Shown: piece after piece, positions 60,252 to 62,849 of the stretch | How the letters are laid out: each line of letters begins with the position of its first letter | How positions within the stretch are numbered: the stretch's first letter is position 1 | From: Burkholderiaceae bacterium | GTDB lineage: Bacteria > Pseudomonadota > Gammaproteobacteria > Burkholderiales > Burkholderiaceae_C | Length of the DNA: 62,849 nt | NCBI GenBank assembly: GCA_032059585.1 | Contig: DAMCAL010000001.1 | Coordinates: forward strand, 4,266-67,114 | Direction of reading: 5' to 3' | The notes under the pieces: generated by a model | Database searches by the model: none | The model's input: only the letters and a program-made list of their open reading frames with translations | What the model was told of the DNA's origin: nothing | Translations under genes and position numbers: made by a program

Positions 60252-60869
60252 TCATGGCGCCAGCACGCCCGCTTCGCGCAGCAGTGCAGCGGTCTCGAAC
60301 AAGGGCAGGCCCATGATCCCCGAATAGCTGCCCTCGATGCGCTCCACATAGGCAGCCGCCAGGCCCTGGATGCCATACGCGCCTGCCTTGCCCACGGGCT
60401 CGCCGCTGGCGACATAGGCGTCGATGTGCGCGGGCGTCATGGGCGCGAAGCGCACCCGCGACACGGACAGCCGCGCCATGCGGTGCCTGCCCGTGCCCAC
60501 TGCCACGGCGGTGAGCACCTCGTGCTCGCGCCCAGCCAGCAGCGCCAGCATGCGCGCTGCGTCCTGCGCGTCGGCCGGCTTGCCGAGGATGACGCCGTCC
60601 AGCGCGACGGTCGTGTCCGAGCACAGCACCGGCGCGGGCGGCAGCGCGCGGCGGGCAAGGCGCGCCAGGGCCGCCTCCAGCTTGAGCGAGGTGACGCGCT
60701 GCACGTATGCGGCAGGCGCCTCGCCGGGCAGCGCGGTTTCGATGGCTTCGGCATCCTCTGGTACATCCCCGGTTGCGTTGGGCAGCAGGAGTTCATGGCG
60801 CACGCCGATCTGCCCCAGCAACTGGCTGCGGCGCGGGCTTTGCGAGGCAAGGTACAGAACGCCGGGCAT
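60252..60869 (-). CDS. maf: Maf nucleotide pyrophosphatase (YhdE-like)
   Basis: [25 protein letters not shown]. Confidence 0.93.
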   Translation of the reverse strand: MPGVLYLASQSPRRSQLLGQIGVRHELLLPNATGDVPEDAEAIETALPGEAPAAYVQRVTSLKLEAALARLARRALPPAPVLCSDTTVALDGVILGKPADAQDAARMLALLAGREHEVLTAVAVGTGRHRMARLSVSRVRFAPMTPAHIDAYVASGEPVGKAGAYGIQGLAAAYVERIEGSYSGIMGLPLFETAALLREAGVLAP

Positions 60870-60872
60870 TTT

Positions 60873-60934
60873 CATGGTCAAAACAGGCTCTGGCGCCCGC
60901 CGCACATGCGCAGGCAGCTATTGAAACAGGAGCG
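60873..60934 (-). repeat. Dispersed palindromic repeat, copy 8 (fills the rlmH-maf gap)
   Basis: Minus strand reads CGCTCCTGTTTCAATAGCTGCCTGCGCATGTGCGGCGGGCGCCAGAGCCTGTTTTGACCATG. Confidence 0.78.
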
Positions 60935-60940
60935 TCCCGC

Positions 60941-61420
60941 TCATTCCCGGTGGTACGGATGGCCGGCGTTGACCGACCAAGCCCGGTACAGCTGCTCGAT
61001 GAGCAGCACCCGCACCATGGCGTGCGGCAGGGTCAGGTCGGACAGGCGAATGCGCTCGTGCGCCGCCTGGCGCAGCGCCGGGTCGAGACCGTCGGGTCCG
61101 CCGATGACCAGGGCTACGTCGTCGCCGCCGAGCTGCCAGGCCTGCAGGCGCCCGGCGAGTGCGGCGGTCGTGAGCGACGTGCCGCGCTCGTCCAGCACCA
61201 CCACCCGCGCGCCGCGCCCGGCACCGGAGGCGATCGCCGCCTCGATGCGCGTGCGTTCGGCGGCGTAGAGCGTCTCCAGCGACCTGGAGCCACGCGGCTC
61301 GGTCTTCACGGCGCGCAGCTCCACCTTCAGCTCAGGCGGAAAGCGCTTGGCGTAGTCGTCGTAGGCGCTGCTTGCCCAGTCGGGCACGCGCTGGCCGACG
61401 GCCACGATGAGCAGCTTCAT
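60941..61420 (-). CDS. rlmH: 23S rRNA pseudouridine-1915 N3-methyltransferase
   Basis: LDERG, IGGPDG, TLPH...EQLYRA...HPYHRE. Confidence 0.96.
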   Translation of the reverse strand: MKLLIVAVGQRVPDWASSAYDDYAKRFPPELKVELRAVKTEPRGSRSLETLYAAERTRIEAAIASGAGRGARVVVLDERGTSLTTAALAGRLQAWQLGGDDVALVIGGPDGLDPALRQAAHERIRLSDLTLPHAMVRVLLIEQLYRAWSVNAGHPYHRE

Positions 61421-61432
61421 CGCGCCGCCGCG

Positions 61433-62242
61433 TCAGGCCTTGCGGGCAGGGGCTTTGCGCGCGGGCGCCTTCTTGGCCGCGGCGCTGCGGGCCGGGGCCT
61501 TTTTCGCGGCAGCCGCCTTTTTCGCCACCGGCTTGTTGACGACCACCGTTTTGGCGGGTGCCTTCTTCGCCGCGGGCTTGCGGGCGGCTGTCTTGCCAGC
61601 GACGGCCGGCGCTGCTGCGCTCCTGCTGGCCTTGGCCGGTGCCGCGCTCGCGGTGGCCGAGCGCGGCGCAGATGTCTTGGCGGGCGCCTTGGTGGCGGCG
61701 CGCTTGGCCCCAGCGGATGCTGGGCCGCCTGCGGCTTTCTTGGCCGCCGGCGCGGCCGCCGGCGCGGCAGGCGCGCGCTTGCGTGCCGGTGCCTTGGCTG
61801 CCTTCTTGGCGGGCTGCGTGGCCGACGCGTCTTCCGACGCGGTGGTCTTGCGCGGTTTGGGCGCGCCCAGCTTCAGCCGCACGGGCTTGTCGCCCCAGAT
61901 TTCTTCCAGCCGGTAGTACTGGCGGATGGCCGGCTGCATTACGTGCACGACAGCCTGGCCGCAGTCCACGATGATCCACTCGCCGTTGTCCTCGCCCTCG
62001 GTGCGCGGTTTGGGAAAGCCGGCTTCGCGCACGGCATCGCGCACGCTCGCGGCCAAGGCCTTGGTCTGGCGGTTGGACGAGCCGGTGGCGACGACCACCC
62101 GCTCGAACAGGGGCGACAGGTGCTCGGTGTTGAAGACCTGGATGTCCTGCGCCTTGACGTCCTCCAGGCCATCGACGATGGCGCGTTGGAGCTTGGTGAC
62201 GTCGCGCTTGGCGGCGGTTTCCGATTGGATGGAGGTGCTCAT
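61433..62242 (-). CDS. rsfS: Ribosome silencing factor with a long Lys/Ala/Pro-rich C-terminal tail
   Basis: LEDVKAQDI, ATGSSNRQ, WIIVDCGQAVVHVM...YYRLEEIW, followed by AKK/PARK repeats. Confidence 0.93.
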   Translation of the reverse strand: MSTSIQSETAAKRDVTKLQRAIVDGLEDVKAQDIQVFNTEHLSPLFERVVVATGSSNRQTKALAASVRDAVREAGFPKPRTEGEDNGEWIIVDCGQAVVHVMQPAIRQYYRLEEIWGDKPVRLKLGAPKPRKTTASEDASATQPAKKAAKAPARKRAPAAPAAAPAAKKAAGGPASAGAKRAATKAPAKTSAPRSATASAAPAKASRSAAAPAVAGKTAARKPAAKKAPAKTVVVNKPVAKKAAAAKKAPARSAAAKKAPARKAPARKA

Positions 62243-62346
62243 CGGGCGGTCGTGGGTTTGCAATGGATGGAAGGCACTATAGCGGGGCATGCGACGTGCG
62301 TATGTAGTCGGCGTCCTGCAAGGGCCGCGCGCTATCAAAAGGCGAG

Positions 62347-62849
62347 TCAGAGCCAGTCGCGGCGCTGCAGAAAACGGGTGGTGAGCTCGGCTTCGGGCGA
62401 GCCCGGCGGGTCTTCGCGCCGGTAGCTCCAGGAGACCAGCGGCGGCATGGACAGCAGGATGGACTCGCTGCGTCCACCCGACTGCAGGCCGAAGTGCGTG
62501 CCCCGGTCCCACACCAGGTTGAACTCGACATAGCGCCCGCGCCGGTACAGCTGGAAGTCGCGCTCGCGCTCGCCGTGCGGTAAGCCTGCGCGCCGCTGCA
62601 CGATGGGCAGGTATGCGCCGAGGAACGCGTCGCCCACGCTTTGCGTCATCGACAGGCTGCGCTCGAAGCCCAGCTCGGCGAAGTCGTCGAAGAAGATGCC
62701 GCCCACGCCGCGCTGCTCCTGCCGGTGCTTGAGGTAGAAGTATTCGTCGCACCAAGTCTTGAAACGCGGGTACAGCGCATCGCCAAACGGCGCCAGCGCG
62801 TCGCGGCAGGCGCGGTGGAAGTGCACCGCATCGTCCTCGAAGCCGTAGT
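62347..62849 (-). CDS. hemF: Oxygen-dependent coproporphyrinogen III oxidase (5' part lies outside the window)
   Basis: [32 protein letters not shown]. Confidence 0.96.
   Translation of the reverse strand, partial: YGFEDDAVHFHRACRDALAPFGDALYPRFKTWCDEYFYLKHRQEQRGVGGIFFDDFAELGFERSLSMTQSVGDAFLGAYLPIVQRRAGLPHGERERDFQLYRRGRYVEFNLVWDRGTHFGLQSGGRSESILLSMPPLVSWSYRREDPPGSPEAELTTRFLQRRDWL

Overview
High-GC betaproteobacterial chromosome segment. Gene content and order point to Comamonadaceae (Acidovorax/Diaphorobacter-like; inferred). From left to right: an NO-stress pair (ytfE-like plus truncated globin), nth, an MFS permease, a divergent hdhA / TetR-tripartite efflux module, a cobalamin uptake and salvage cluster split into two blocks (btuB riboswitch operon; cbiB-cobD-cobQ-cobT), tRNA-Ser followed by a stress islet, zapA-6S RNA, c-di-GMP enzymes, hemN/fnr with a perfect FNR box, pepA/holC/lptFG, cysB, a WYL regulator/GST pair, and rng-maf-rlmH-rsfS-hemF. 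Three observations stand out. (1) An intact HipA-like kinase plus DUF3037 pair is translationally locked between threonine-phosphate decarboxylase and cobQ, and is a candidate for the missing L-threonine kinase or for a TA-like module. (2) A ~63-bp dispersed palindromic repeat occurs 8 times; three copies lie in-frame inside cob genes in the same orientation and frame, and others overlap gene starts. (3) CbiA/CobB has Gly in place of its glutaminase cysteine. No integrase, transposase or CRISPR array was seen. All calls come from reading the sequence; no database searches were run.
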